Assembly (NCBI GenBank): GCA_965219995.1
Contig: CBDCOX010000002.1
Span: 5,248,001-5,312,000, forward strand
DNA: 64,000 nt
Direction: 5' to 3'
Source of the DNA: Candidatus Latescibacterota bacterium
GTDB lineage: Bacteria > Latescibacterota > UBA2968 > GCA-2709665
The notes under the pieces are model-generated. The model searched no databases, was not told the origin of the DNA, and saw only the letters and a list, made by a program, of their open reading frames with translations. Positions 10,355-20,697 of this stretch are shown here, piece by piece. The stretch's first letter is position 1. Each line of letters starts with the position of its first letter. A program made the position numbers and the translations under genes.

Positions 10355-12754
10355 CTATTCCGCGCCGACCCGGTACCCCTCGGGCGGCCGCATCCCGAGC
10401 AGGTGGGTCACGAAGTAGTCCCACTGCCGGCGCGAGAAGTACCCCGTTGCCTCGCCCGGCGCATGTCCCGCGTTCGGCAGGATGAGCAGGTCGAAGTCCT
10501 TGTTGGCCCGGATCAGCGCCTCCACCACCGCGTAGGTGTTGGCCGGATGCACGTTGTCGTCGAGCCCGCCGTGCACCAGCATCAGCTTGCCCTTCAGGTT
10601 GCCGGCGAGGTGCGCGTTGGATCCCGCCTCGTAGTAGGCGTCGTCGGTGTCCCCCTGGTAGCTCTCGCCCCAGATCGGCAGGTAGGTGCGCGGGTCGTGA
10701 TTGCCGGCGCCGGACACCGCCACCTTGTAGAAGTCCGGGTAGCGGAGGATGGCGTGGGTCGAGGCGTAGCCGCCGCCGGACCACCCGTAGATCCCGGCGC
10801 GCCCGGCGTCGATGTAGGGCCGCTCCGCCGCGAGCTGCTCGATCGCGGCGATGTGATCGTCGAGCGTGCCGGCGGCATCGAGCAGGTTCAGCCCCGGCGG
10901 GAAGTGGAAGTCCCGGCTGCGCCCCGGCGTGCCGCGTCCGTCGACGGTCATCACCACGAAACCGAGTTCCGCCATGGCCTGGGCGCCGAACAGGCCGAAC
11001 AGCGAACCCGCGAACTGGTGGGGCTCGCGCCAGATCTGCGGGCCCGGGTAGATGGAGTCGATGATGGGGTACGACCGCTCGGGGTCGAAGTCCGCGGGGA
11101 AGAACAGGGCGCCGTAGAGCGTGGTCTCCCCGTCGGCGGCGGTCACGGTGAAAGGCTCCGGGGGGACGAAACCGTCCGCCTCCAGGGGCGAGGCGTCGGC
11201 GGTTTCGAGCACCGCGATCAACTCGCCTTCGCTGCTCAGCAACTCCGTGCGGCCCGGGTCGGTGGTGGTGCTCCAGCTCGCGACCAGGTAGTCGCCGGTG
11301 GGCGAGAAAGGAGAAGCGGCAACGACCAGGTCCGCCACCGAGCCGTGATTGCCGGGACCGGGCGTGATCCTCTTGAAATCCGACCCGTCCACATCGACGC
11401 CGTAGAGGAAGTGATGGTACGGATTGCCTTCGGCCTCGGGCTGGGACCCGAGCAGGTACAGCCGCCCCGCCTCGTGGTCCACGTGCACGATCGCTCCCAC
11501 GTTCCAGTCTCCGGAAGTGATCCGGGCGACGTTGCCGTCGGCGTCCTTGCGGTACAGGTGCCCGTAGCCGCTCTCGTCGGAGAACCAGACCAGGCTGCCG
11601 TCCGCGAAGTCGACCACCTGGGGCGGTAGCGGCGTGGCGAGCCCGGGCGAAGACGTGCGTTCGCTCACGCGGTCCACCTCCATGCGGACCTCGCCCGTCT
11701 CCAGGTCGACGCGATGGATCGAGAAGCCGCGGGCGAACGGCTTGCGGTGCACGAATCCGAACCCCCGGGAGTCCTCCCGCCACCAGACTTCCCCCGAGTC
11801 GGGGCCGGTGACCGCGGCGTACGTGAGTTCGATATCGGGATAGTCGATGTCCGTGCGCCGGCCGCTCGGGACGTCGAACACCACGAAGCGGCCCCGGGGC
11901 TTGACCTCGTCCCGGGCGAAGGCATAGCGCATCGTGTGGGTGCGCGGCCGCCGGCTGCCATCGGCGGGGACGTGCTCGATGATCGAGAGTTCCCCGACGC
12001 CGCGCTCGTCGACGCGCTGGGTGAGCAGCCTTGTGGAGTCCGGCGCCCACTTCACCTGGGGGGCGTGCCCGCCCAGCAGCCGCTGCATGGTGATGTAGGA
12101 GACGCTGGTGCCGAGCTGGCCGCCGTAGCGCCACGCTTCCTCACCGTCCGTCGTCAGCCGGATCCGGGTCTCCCCGTCCGTCGAGCGGACCCAGAGGTCG
12201 TGGTCCTCGTGATAGGCGGCCCACTTGCCGTCCGGAGAGGGCGTCTCGAGCGGCGTGAACGGGGGCGTGGGAGCCTCGGACGCCGCGCAGGCGTCCGCCG
12301 TGCAGCGGTAGAACGCGTCTTCCACCGGGAACTCGATGCCGCCGTCGTCGTTGAGGGTGAACGTGTCGAACGGGAGCGTCGTCTCCGTGTAGTCGCCGTC
12401 CTCGTCCAGCCGGGACAGTTCACGGGCGATCAGCGCGTGGTCGAACGAGGGTTCCCGCTCCCCCGTCGCGGCCGTGACGGTCACGAACTGTCCGCCCCCG
12501 CCCGGGAGCGCGCGCCGGTACCAGAAACGGTCGCCTGCGCCGATCCAGTTGGGCGTGACCGACGCGTTCAGGACATACCTTTCCTGCCTGTCCATCAGAA
12601 AGCGCTCGGCGCGCCGGTAGGCTTCCGCCGGAACCGTCGCCGGCGCGCCCACGCCCGCGCGGTCCCCCGTAGCGTCGTTCACAGCCGCGGGTTGGCAGCC
12701 CCACGCCGCGGCGAGCAGAGCGGGCCAGAAGAGGCATCGCGTCCAGCCGCTCAT
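10355..12754 (-). CDS. S9B (DPP IV-like) peptidase, lipoprotein
   Basis: AAWGC lipobox, IYPGPQ, DGRGT, GWSGGG, DDNVH, GH. Confidence 0.92.
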   Translation of the reverse strand: MSGWTRCLFWPALLAAAWGCQPAAVNDATGDRAGVGAPATVPAEAYRRAERFLMDRQERYVLNASVTPNWIGAGDRFWYRRALPGGGGQFVTVTAATGEREPSFDHALIARELSRLDEDGDYTETTLPFDTFTLNDDGGIEFPVEDAFYRCTADACAASEAPTPPFTPLETPSPDGKWAAYHEDHDLWVRSTDGETRIRLTTDGEEAWRYGGQLGTSVSYITMQRLLGGHAPQVKWAPDSTRLLTQRVDERGVGELSIIEHVPADGSRRPRTHTMRYAFARDEVKPRGRFVVFDVPSGRRTDIDYPDIELTYAAVTGPDSGEVWWREDSRGFGFVHRKPFARGFSIHRVDLETGEVRMEVDRVSERTSSPGLATPLPPQVVDFADGSLVWFSDESGYGHLYRKDADGNVARITSGDWNVGAIVHVDHEAGRLYLLGSQPEAEGNPYHHFLYGVDVDGSDFKRITPGPGNHGSVADLVVAASPFSPTGDYLVASWSTTTDPGRTELLSSEGELIAVLETADASPLEADGFVPPEPFTVTAADGETTLYGALFFPADFDPERSYPIIDSIYPGPQIWREPHQFAGSLFGLFGAQAMAELGFVVMTVDGRGTPGRSRDFHFPPGLNLLDAAGTLDDHIAAIEQLAAERPYIDAGRAGIYGWSGGGYASTHAILRYPDFYKVAVSGAGNHDPRTYLPIWGESYQGDTDDAYYEAGSNAHLAGNLKGKLMLVHGGLDDNVHPANTYAVVEALIRANKDFDLLILPNAGHAPGEATGYFSRRQWDYFVTHLLGMRPPEGYRVGAE

Positions 12755-15054
12755 TCGAACGGCCTCAGCATCTCGACGAGATACCGCTTCTTCAGCTCCA
12801 TGTTGAACTCCCCCGTCTTGCCCATGGCCCCGTGCCCCGTGTCGGGATAGATCATCATGCGGTGCTGCTTGCCGAGCCGAATCAGGTGCTCGGTCATCTG
12901 GAACATGTCCGCCTGGGTGCCGGTGTCGTTGATACCGCCGACCTGCAGGAGTTCGCCCTCGAGCAGCGGCGCGAGCGCCATGGCGTCCGCCGCATCGTAG
13001 GCCGCCTTGTTCTCCTGGGGCATGCCGAGATAGACCTCGTAGAGGGTGAAACGGCGCGAGCTGTAGCCGGGCACCTCGCTGATGCCGACCTTGTAGAGGT
13101 CCGGCGCCTGCGTCATGGCGCGGAAGGTGAAGTGGCCGCCCCAGGAAGCGCCCATGACGCCGACGCGGTCGAGGTCCATGAACGGCAGCCGTTCGCCTAG
13201 CTGCCGAATGGCGCCGGCGTGGTCGGCGATCTCGAACTGCCCCCAGTTCATGTAGACGGTGTCGTGGAACGCCTTGGAACGCTCCGGCGTGCCGCGGCCG
13301 TCGAGCACCACCACGAGGATGCCCAGTTGCGCGAGGGCCCGGGGGAAGTTCGCCGCGCGCCCCAGCAGGCCGCCGAACGGCCCGAGATCGTCCCCGAAGT
13401 CCACGGGCCGCCAGGTGGTCTGCGGCCCGGCGTAGATGTACTCGACCACCGGGTAGCGCCCGTCGGGGTCGAAGTCGTTGGGGAAGTACATCGTCACCCA
13501 GAGATCGGTCTCCCCGTCGGCCGCCTTGACCACGTACTCGGTCGGGGGCACCCAGCCGAACGACTCGAGCCGGCCGATGTCCGCTTCCGCCAGCACGCGC
13601 ACCAGGCTGCCGTCGGCGGCCCGCAGTTCCGTGCGAGGCGGCGCGTCGACGTTCGAGTACGTGTCAACGAAGTAACGCGCCGACGGCGAGATGCTGGCGG
13701 CGTGCTGGCCAATGCCCTCGGTGAGCTGCGCGAAACGCTCTCCATCCAGGCCCACGCGGTACAGGTGGGTGTCGTAGGGCCGCGACTGGTCGCCGTGCCC
13801 GGTGAAGTACACCCAGCCCCCGTCCTGGTCGACCCGCACGACGTCCTTGACGGGCCACTCGCCGCTGGTGAGCTGCCGGACCAGGCGGCCGTCCAGGTCG
13901 TAGTGGTACAGGTGGTCCCAGCCGCTCCGCTCCGAATTCCACAGGAACCCCGACCCGTCCGGAAGCAGGAAGAAGCCGGTCTCGGTCGCCCAGATGGCTT
14001 CGTGATGATTGGTCAGGAAGGTCTCGGAGGCCTCGGTCATGATGACGCGCACGTCGCGGGTGAAGGCGTCCACCGCGAGCAGTTCCACGCGGCTGAGCAG
14101 CCGGTCGTAACGGGCGACGATCAGCTCCGACCCGTCCGGCAGCCACGTGAGCACGCGCAGGTAGTGGTCCGTGTTGTCTCCCATGTCCACGTGCCGCGGC
14201 ACCCGGGAGTGTATGTCGAGCAGGTACAGTTCCGACCGGTAGAGGCTGGCGCCCGCCGGGATGGTGAGGACTTCCCGGACCTCTTCCAGGGGCTTCAGCC
14301 ACTTGATGGTCGGAATGGTGGGCATCGCCCCCGCATGCTGTTTCATCACGGCGATCTGCTCCCCGGTGGGCGACCAGGGCTGCCAGAGGGCCGCCTCCAC
14401 GTCCCAGAAGTCGGTGGGGGTGCCGTCGTCCGTGACTGTCACCTCCTGCCCGTCCACCGTCGCCCTCAGCGCCAGGTTGTCGTCGCGCACCGTCGCGAAC
14501 CACTTGCCGTCCGGCGACATGGCTTCCGGAGAGGGCAGCGGGCCGAGCCCCTGGAAGCGTTCCCGGAGGTACGTCCCCGGCACGGCGCGTTCCGCCTCGC
14601 TCTTGACGAGTTCGATGGAGAACGCGGACGGCGGGAGCTCGCGGCTCACCTCGTACGACCCCAGGTCGAGGGTGAAGGTCGCCCCCTCCAGCGCTAAGGA
14701 GATGCTGTCCGTCCCCGCCCACTGGAAGCTCGCGAACGGCACTCCGCCGCCCGCGGGTTCGTGGCCCAGCGCCTCGGTCAGCGCCGCCCGCAACCGGGCC
14801 ACGTCGAACAGCGGTTCGACCATGCCCTCCGCCGGATCGACCTTCAGGATCTCGCGCGCGTTCGGACCCCCGGTCTCGTACCAGAACGCCGAACCGTCCG
14901 GCAGCCAGTTGGGAGCGACGCGGCCGCCGTCGATCATCCGCTGGAAGTCGAGATAGGCCTGGTAGGCGGCTTCGCGGTCCGCCGGGATGTCCACGGCCAG
15001 GGACGGGACGGCGATCGCCGCCGTCAGGCACAGGACGGCGAGGAACCTGAGCAT
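12751..15054 (-). CDS. S9B (DPP IV-like) peptidase with signal peptide
   Basis: Start placed at MLRFLAVLCLTAAIAVPSLA (15054); YAGPQ, DGRGT, GASWGG, IND, TGH; stop overlaps the next ATG. Confidence 0.9.
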   Translation of the reverse strand: MLRFLAVLCLTAAIAVPSLAVDIPADREAAYQAYLDFQRMIDGGRVAPNWLPDGSAFWYETGGPNAREILKVDPAEGMVEPLFDVARLRAALTEALGHEPAGGGVPFASFQWAGTDSISLALEGATFTLDLGSYEVSRELPPSAFSIELVKSEAERAVPGTYLRERFQGLGPLPSPEAMSPDGKWFATVRDDNLALRATVDGQEVTVTDDGTPTDFWDVEAALWQPWSPTGEQIAVMKQHAGAMPTIPTIKWLKPLEEVREVLTIPAGASLYRSELYLLDIHSRVPRHVDMGDNTDHYLRVLTWLPDGSELIVARYDRLLSRVELLAVDAFTRDVRVIMTEASETFLTNHHEAIWATETGFFLLPDGSGFLWNSERSGWDHLYHYDLDGRLVRQLTSGEWPVKDVVRVDQDGGWVYFTGHGDQSRPYDTHLYRVGLDGERFAQLTEGIGQHAASISPSARYFVDTYSNVDAPPRTELRAADGSLVRVLAEADIGRLESFGWVPPTEYVVKAADGETDLWVTMYFPNDFDPDGRYPVVEYIYAGPQTTWRPVDFGDDLGPFGGLLGRAANFPRALAQLGILVVVLDGRGTPERSKAFHDTVYMNWGQFEIADHAGAIRQLGERLPFMDLDRVGVMGASWGGHFTFRAMTQAPDLYKVGISEVPGYSSRRFTLYEVYLGMPQENKAAYDAADAMALAPLLEGELLQVGGINDTGTQADMFQMTEHLIRLGKQHRMMIYPDTGHGAMGKTGEFNMELKKRYLVEMLRPFE

Positions 15055-15131
15055 GCTCGCTTCTCCGGAGTCGGTTGTGTGGACTAGGACGCTGTGCGGC
15101 CCGGCCGCCCTCATCGGCGGGGCACCAGAGG

Positions 15132-15776
15132 TCAGAAGTACTCGGCGATCTCTTCCGGCGCGGACTTGCCGGTCAGCACGGAGACGTACATGGGGAGCAA
15201 CGCCATCCGGGCGTCCAGCGATTCGTTGTAGCCGATGGTGTAGTACCCCACCTGGTGGAAGTACGTGATGCGGGCCCGGATGAAGGCCTCGTCCTCCCCG
15301 TAGCCAAAGTCCAGGAAGATGCGCTTGATGTAGGCGATCCGCTCCTCGTCCACGGCCTTGACCACCGCCGAGACATCGTCGGACGTGCGCGCCCAGTCCC
15401 GCATGGCCGACTCGAGGGCCGGATCGAACTCCGACTCGTCGATCCAGAGGTGCACCAGCCGCACGAACTCTTCCATGCCGGACGCCGCGTCCCCGCCGAC
15501 CAGGCGGTCGAACATCTCGTGGCTCTGGCCCCGCCACTGGGAAAGCAGCGTCTCCAGCAGGTGGTTGCGGTCGCGGAAGTGCCAGTAGAAGCTGCCGCGG
15601 GTGACCTTCAGGTCCTCCGCGAGGGGACCGATCTTCACCGCGTCGATGCCGCCGTTGACCAGCCGCCGCTGCGCAGCGTCCAGCCAATCCTCCGGGCGCA
15701 GCCGGGAGACGGTGCGCAGGCCCCGGTCGTCGAGTCCGGAGCCCCGCCCGCGAGCCGCGACGCCCGATTCACCCAT
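15132..15776 (-). CDS. TetR/AcrR family regulator
   Basis: LAEDLKVTRGSFYWHFRDR HTH. Confidence 0.92.
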   Translation of the reverse strand: MGESGVAARGRGSGLDDRGLRTVSRLRPEDWLDAAQRRLVNGGIDAVKIGPLAEDLKVTRGSFYWHFRDRNHLLETLLSQWRGQSHEMFDRLVGGDAASGMEEFVRLVHLWIDESEFDPALESAMRDWARTSDDVSAVVKAVDEERIAYIKRIFLDFGYGEDEAFIRARITYFHQVGYYTIGYNESLDARMALLPMYVSVLTGKSAPEEIAEYF

Positions 15777-15889
15777 GGCCGCAATTCTCCAGCGGTGCGG
15801 TCATCGGTACTCCATCATCGTCATGCAGGCTCCGACGCAGGACGGCCTATTGTCCCTCAACGACCAAGCTTGACGCGGCACGATCGGGT

Positions 15890-16282
15890 TCACGCGGTCA
15901 GTTCGAGAAAACCCCGTGGAGAGAACACTTCGACCGGGCCGTAGCGCGGCTCGGCGAAATCGCGCCGATTGCCGGTAACGAGCACAGCCGCAGCGGCCGC
16001 AGCCGTGCGCAGGTAGACCTCGTCGTCCGGATCGCGCAGGCCGAAGACGGTGTCGTCCGGCTCGACGAAGAAGGCGGCCTGTTCAAGCTCTGCGACGACG
16101 GATAGCAGCGCGTCGCGGTAAGCCGCATGACGGGGACGGACGGCAACGGCCCGATACTCCCGGACGATGTCCTCGGCAAGCGCGACCCGGTGGCGGCCCA
16201 GCGCTTCTACTACCACGCGACCGCAGACTCCGTGGCTGCGCGCCGCCGACACGACGACGTTACAGTCGATGACGACTCTCAC
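15890..16282 (-). CDS. PIN-domain toxin (PIN_3 type)
   Basis: MRVVIDCNVVVSA, RDPDD, LVTGNRRDF; overlaps the antitoxin stop. Confidence 0.88.
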   Translation of the reverse strand: MRVVIDCNVVVSAARSHGVCGRVVVEALGRHRVALAEDIVREYRAVAVRPRHAAYRDALLSVVAELEQAAFFVEPDDTVFGLRDPDDEVYLRTAAAAAAVLVTGNRRDFAEPRYGPVEVFSPRGFLELTA

Positions 16283-16569
16283 CCTTGCCGGGCACGACGC
16301 GCCGTCCGCGCCTCGGCGATGTCCGCGATCACTTCCGCCATGATCTCGTCCTCGGAGCGCAGGGCGTCTTCCGGCGTGCGCTCGACGGCATCAAGGATCG
16401 CCGCCACACGATCGGCCGTGCCGCGATCCACAACGTCCTTGAGACGGAGGAGGATGCCGTCCCCGACCACGGTGGCTTCCATCACGTCGCCTTCGCGCAG
16501 GTTCAGCCCCTTGCGCAGCTTCGCGGGAATGGTGACCTGATACTTCGGTTTGACGGTAACGAGCGGCAT
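16279..16569 (-). CDS. AbrB/MazE/SpoVT family antitoxin
   Basis: KYQVTIPAKLRKGLNLREGD. Confidence 0.9.
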   Translation of the reverse strand: MPLVTVKPKYQVTIPAKLRKGLNLREGDVMEATVVGDGILLRLKDVVDRGTADRVAAILDAVERTPEDALRSEDEIMAEVIADIAEARTARRARQG

Positions 16570-16687
16570 GGGATCCTACCCTCCCGTACCGGCGCAGAAG
16601 TCGTATTTTACGACTTTCTGAAAGTAGTTCCACTGTGGTGACCGGCCCGCCCGGGCGTCTTTGGTACACCGCGTTGGGAGAACGCTC

Positions 16688-18220
16688 ATGAGATTCCTGC
16701 TGGGGCTTGCCCTGTGTTCCACCACACTTGCTCTCGCCGGCGATGTCGTACGGCCGAAGCACGAGATCGACCTCTCGAATCCCTACTCCACCGACAGCGT
16801 CCCCGCCTACGCCGGCGACCATGCGGCCGTGCACGCCTACATCGACGCCGAGATCGAGGCGCATACGGCCGCGCTGCAGCGCTGGATGCGCCAGCGCTCC
16901 ATCAGCGCCCAGAACGTCGGCGTACGGGACATGGCGGAGATGGTGCGCGGCGACTTCGAGGCGCTCGGCTTCGCCGAGGCGGAACTGGTGAATACCGCCG
17001 GCCATCCCGGCGTCTGGGGCTACTACGACGCCGGGGCCGAGAAGACGCTCATGGTCTACATGATGTACGACGTGCAGCCCGTGGACCCCGAGGACTGGCG
17101 CTCGCCGCCCTTCGAGGCCGCGCTGGTCGACACGCCCCAGGGACGGGCCATCATGGCGCGGGGCGCCACCAACCAGAAAGGCCCCCAGCGCGCCTTCCTG
17201 AACGCGGTGGAAGCCATACTGGCGGTGGACGGCGAGCTGCCGGTAAACCTCATGATCACCGCGGAGGGCGAAGAGGAACTCGGCTCGCCGAACTACCCCG
17301 AGATCGTCGACCGCTACGAGGCGCGCCTCAAGCAGGCGGACGGCGTGATCTTCCCCATGTCGGGACAGGACCCGGCGGGCCAGATGAGCATGGTGCTCGG
17401 GGTCAAGGGCATCGTCTACTGGGAACTGGAAGCCAGGGGCGGGGCCTGGGGCGGGCCCGTCGCGGCGGAGATCCACGGTTCCCTCAAGGCGATCGCGGAC
17501 TCGCCGGTCCTGCGCCTGGCCCAGGCGATCTCGAGCCTGGTCGGCGACGACGGCAACACCATCGTGGTGCCCGGCTACTACGACGACGTGCGGCCCCCCA
17601 CGGCGGAGGAGCAGTCGCTGATCGCCGGCTACCTGCAGCAGGCGAACCTGGCGACGCTGCGCGACATGCTCGGCGTCGAGCGCTGGATCGACGGCATGGA
17701 CGGGCTCGACGTGCTGCACGACCTCATCTACGCCCCCACGATGAACATCGACGGCATCTGGGCCGGCTACACCGGCGTGGGCGTCAAGACGATCCTGCCG
17801 CATATGGCCACGGCGAAGATGGACTCGCGCCTGCCCGTCGGCATCGATCCCGACCAAGCCCTGGCGAAGATCCGCGCCCATCTCGACGCGCGGGGCTTCG
17901 AGGACGTCGCCATGAACGTGCTGGCCGCCTATCCCGCCTCGCAGACTTCGGTGGACACGGACCTGGTCCGCTCCGCGATCGCCGTCTACAAGCGCTACGG
18001 CGCGACGCCGATCGTCAATCCCCGCGCCGCCGGCAGCGCGCCCTTCTACGAGTTCACCGACCGGCTGGGCCTGCCGATGATCCCCTTCGGCCTCGGTCAC
18101 GGGCGCGGCGCCCATGCCCCCAACGAGGTGTTCGTGGTCGAATCGGCGGGCGAGGTCGCGGGGCTCGCCGAGATCGAGAAGGCCTACGCCGATCTCCTGT
18201 ACGCGTTCGCGGCCGACTGA
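16688..18220 (+). CDS. Exported M20/M25/M40 family metallohydrolase with altered metal ligands
   Basis: Signal peptide MRFLLGLALCSTTLALA; YDVQP, WRSPPF, EGEEELGS, AHAPNE; GGGAG upstream of the ATG. Confidence 0.88.
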   Translation: MRFLLGLALCSTTLALAGDVVRPKHEIDLSNPYSTDSVPAYAGDHAAVHAYIDAEIEAHTAALQRWMRQRSISAQNVGVRDMAEMVRGDFEALGFAEAELVNTAGHPGVWGYYDAGAEKTLMVYMMYDVQPVDPEDWRSPPFEAALVDTPQGRAIMARGATNQKGPQRAFLNAVEAILAVDGELPVNLMITAEGEEELGSPNYPEIVDRYEARLKQADGVIFPMSGQDPAGQMSMVLGVKGIVYWELEARGGAWGGPVAAEIHGSLKAIADSPVLRLAQAISSLVGDDGNTIVVPGYYDDVRPPTAEEQSLIAGYLQQANLATLRDMLGVERWIDGMDGLDVLHDLIYAPTMNIDGIWAGYTGVGVKTILPHMATAKMDSRLPVGIDPDQALAKIRAHLDARGFEDVAMNVLAAYPASQTSVDTDLVRSAIAVYKRYGATPIVNPRAAGSAPFYEFTDRLGLPMIPFGLGHGRGAHAPNEVFVVESAGEVAGLAEIEKAYADLLYAFAAD

Positions 18221-18256
18221 CCGCGAACGCGTCTGGCCCCGAGTGGCCCGGGGCCC
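18201..18256. terminator. Hairpins between convergent M20 and TBDR genes
   Basis: Perfect 12-bp IR ACGCGTTCGCGG/CCGCGAACGCGT spanning the M20 stop, then GGCCCCG/CGGGGCC; no U-tract. Confidence 0.4.
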
Positions 18257-18257
18257 C

Positions 18258-20696
18258 TCAGAAGCGCAGGGTGAGGTTCAGGCCGTAGCTCCTCGGACGG
18301 TTGATGTGGGACGAGAACACGATGTTGCCCGCCGGGCCCGTCTGCAGGCGCGACTGGTCGCTCAGCTCGTCCGCCAGGTTTTCGATGGAGAAGATCGCCG
18401 ACCAGCTCTCGCCCTGCAGGCCGGCGCGCAGGTTGACGAGACTGTAGCCGCTCAGCAGCGAGTCCTCGCTGTTCAGGGCGCTCTGGTACCGCTCGTCTAT
18501 CCACATGAAGTCCACGCGGCCCACCAGGTCGATGCCAGGCCTGAACCCGGGATAGAGGAAGTCCATCGCCAGACTCAGGCTGTACTCGGGCACGTTGGGC
18601 AGCTTGTTGCCGTCGTCGATCACGGCCGGAGGACGGCCCAGGGCCTCGCGCACGGCTTCCGCCAGCGGGGTCTCGTACAACTGGTCCCCGGAGAACTCGG
18701 ACGCCGTGTAGTTGAACGCGCCGGTGAAGGACACGTAGTCGTTGGCCGCCCAGACCGACTCCACCTCGAAGCCGGAGCTCGACGCGTCGCCGGCATTGTC
18801 GAGGAGACCTCCCGCGCTGGTGATGAGCATCACCTGGATCTCGTCCCAGTCGTTGTAGAAGACGGCCGCGTTGAGCACCAGCCGGCCGTCCAGCAGCGTG
18901 TTCTTCAGCCCGACCTCGTAGGCGGTCATCTCGTCCTGGTCGAAACCGACTTCGTCGTTGGGCACTTCCGGGGCCGTGGCGACGACGAAGGTCGAGTTCA
19001 GCCCGCCGTTGCGAATGCCCTTGCTCATGGAGGCGTAGGCGAGCGTCTCCTCGCCGACGTCCCACTCGATCGAGAGCTTCGGCAGCCACTCGCCTTCCAC
19101 GGACGTCTTCACCTCCGTGAGATCCTGCAGGCCGACCGCGCTCAGGAGTTGCAGGTTGGTGATGTAGATCGCCGCGCCACAGGGGTCGTCGGTACCCGCC
19201 GCGAAGGTGGGTGGCCGCGGCATGAAGCTCCTCGTCAGGATGCAGGTCGCGAGGATGGGGTCGTTGTTGGTCTTCGGGTTCTGCGTCGGGGAGGTCAGGT
19301 CCTCGTCCATCCAGCGGACGCCGGCGATCAGGCGCAGGTTCTCGGCGACGCTCCACGTGACTTCGCCGAACAGCGAGAGCTGCTCGCGGGTGGACGGTCC
19401 GCTCTCCACGTCCGAACCGAAGAACAGGTCGCTCCCCGGGCTCGGGATCCCGAGGAGCAGGTTCCCGAGCGTCGTGAGCGGCACGATCTGCGGACTGCGC
19501 GCGATGGAATAGCCGTACCCTTCCTGGTCCTTGTAGTACGCTCCCAGCAGCACGTTGACCGGCCCGTCGAAGTCGGACACCAGCCGCAGTTCCTGGTTGA
19601 AGCTCTCGTCCCGGCCGTAGGTCTCGGTGGTGACGTCGAAAATCTGCCCGAACAGGACCGGACCGGAGTTCTGGCCCTGCACGAAGTCGTATCGCGACCA
19701 GAGCAGTTCGCGTTCGTAGTAGCCGGTCACCGAAGTGAGCGCGAGCGGGCCGAAGTCGTATTCCAGCGTCAGGCTGTAGAGCTCGTAGTCGTCGTCCCAG
19801 TCCTCGTCGATCGGCCGCTGGCTGAATCGGGGGTCGGAGCGGTCGCCGTCGGCGAGCCAGTCGCCGGCGTGGTCGTCCTCCGTGAAGTGCGCCACGGCGC
19901 GCGCCCGGAATCGGTCGCTCGGCTGCCAGGCCACGGAGACGCGGCCTCCCTGGCTCTGGTAGTCGTTGTAGTCGTCCGTACCCGTCAGGGCGTTGTCGAT
20001 GAACCCCTCGTCGTCGCGGGTAAAGCCGACCACCCGCACGCCCAGCACGTCGGGAACGAGGGTGGCATCGATCACCCCCTGCACCGTCAGGGCCTCGCCG
20101 CCGTCCTGGACGCTGCCCAGCCTGGCGTTCACCGTACCGCGAACGCCCGCTTCCAGGGTGGGCGTATTGCTGAAGTAGCGTACGGTGCCGCCTACCGAGC
20201 CCTCGCCGAAGTAGGTCGGCTGCGGCCCCCGGAGCACTTCGATACGGCTCATGTCGAAGGTGTTGACGTCCCGCTGGCGGGAGCTTGCGGCCTGAATGGG
20301 CACGGCGTCGACAAACTGGCTGACCACCGGCTGCGAGCCGAGGATGTCCAGCGTGCCCTGGTTGACGATCTTCGCCACGCCGCGAATGGACACCTCGTTC
20401 GCGTTCGGGCCCCGGTGGGTGAAGTCCAGTCCGGCGGTGCGGCGCGCGATGTCGCCGAAGTCGACCATGCCCGCCCGTTCGATCTCGTCCTGGGCGATGG
20501 CGCGGATGCTCTGGCCGATGTCCTGGGCGCTCTCCTCCCGCAGACGCGCGGTGACGACGATCTCCTCGATCACGCCGGCGCCGTCGTCAGATTGCTGCGC
20601 CATTGCGGGCGTACCGATCCCGACGGTGGCCGCCAGAAACGTGCCGCAAAGCACGAACCCGGTCAGGCCGCCGAGACGATGCCTTGTCTCATTCAT
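18258..20696 (-). CDS. TonB-dependent receptor
   Basis: Signal peptide, IEEIVVTARLREE, RIEVLRGPQ, C-terminal PRSYGLNLTLRF; ATG one base after the soxG stop. Confidence 0.92.
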   Translation of the reverse strand: MNETRHRLGGLTGFVLCGTFLAATVGIGTPAMAQQSDDGAGVIEEIVVTARLREESAQDIGQSIRAIAQDEIERAGMVDFGDIARRTAGLDFTHRGPNANEVSIRGVAKIVNQGTLDILGSQPVVSQFVDAVPIQAASSRQRDVNTFDMSRIEVLRGPQPTYFGEGSVGGTVRYFSNTPTLEAGVRGTVNARLGSVQDGGEALTVQGVIDATLVPDVLGVRVVGFTRDDEGFIDNALTGTDDYNDYQSQGGRVSVAWQPSDRFRARAVAHFTEDDHAGDWLADGDRSDPRFSQRPIDEDWDDDYELYSLTLEYDFGPLALTSVTGYYERELLWSRYDFVQGQNSGPVLFGQIFDVTTETYGRDESFNQELRLVSDFDGPVNVLLGAYYKDQEGYGYSIARSPQIVPLTTLGNLLLGIPSPGSDLFFGSDVESGPSTREQLSLFGEVTWSVAENLRLIAGVRWMDEDLTSPTQNPKTNNDPILATCILTRSFMPRPPTFAAGTDDPCGAAIYITNLQLLSAVGLQDLTEVKTSVEGEWLPKLSIEWDVGEETLAYASMSKGIRNGGLNSTFVVATAPEVPNDEVGFDQDEMTAYEVGLKNTLLDGRLVLNAAVFYNDWDEIQVMLITSAGGLLDNAGDASSSGFEVESVWAANDYVSFTGAFNYTASEFSGDQLYETPLAEAVREALGRPPAVIDDGNKLPNVPEYSLSLAMDFLYPGFRPGIDLVGRVDFMWIDERYQSALNSEDSLLSGYSLVNLRAGLQGESWSAIFSIENLADELSDQSRLQTGPAGNIVFSSHINRPRSYGLNLTLRF

Positions 20697-20697
20697 C

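Noticed and set aside
15055-15687. N-terminal 211 aa of the 978-aa ORF
   Set aside because: Overlaps TetR in another frame; the signal peptide begins at 15054
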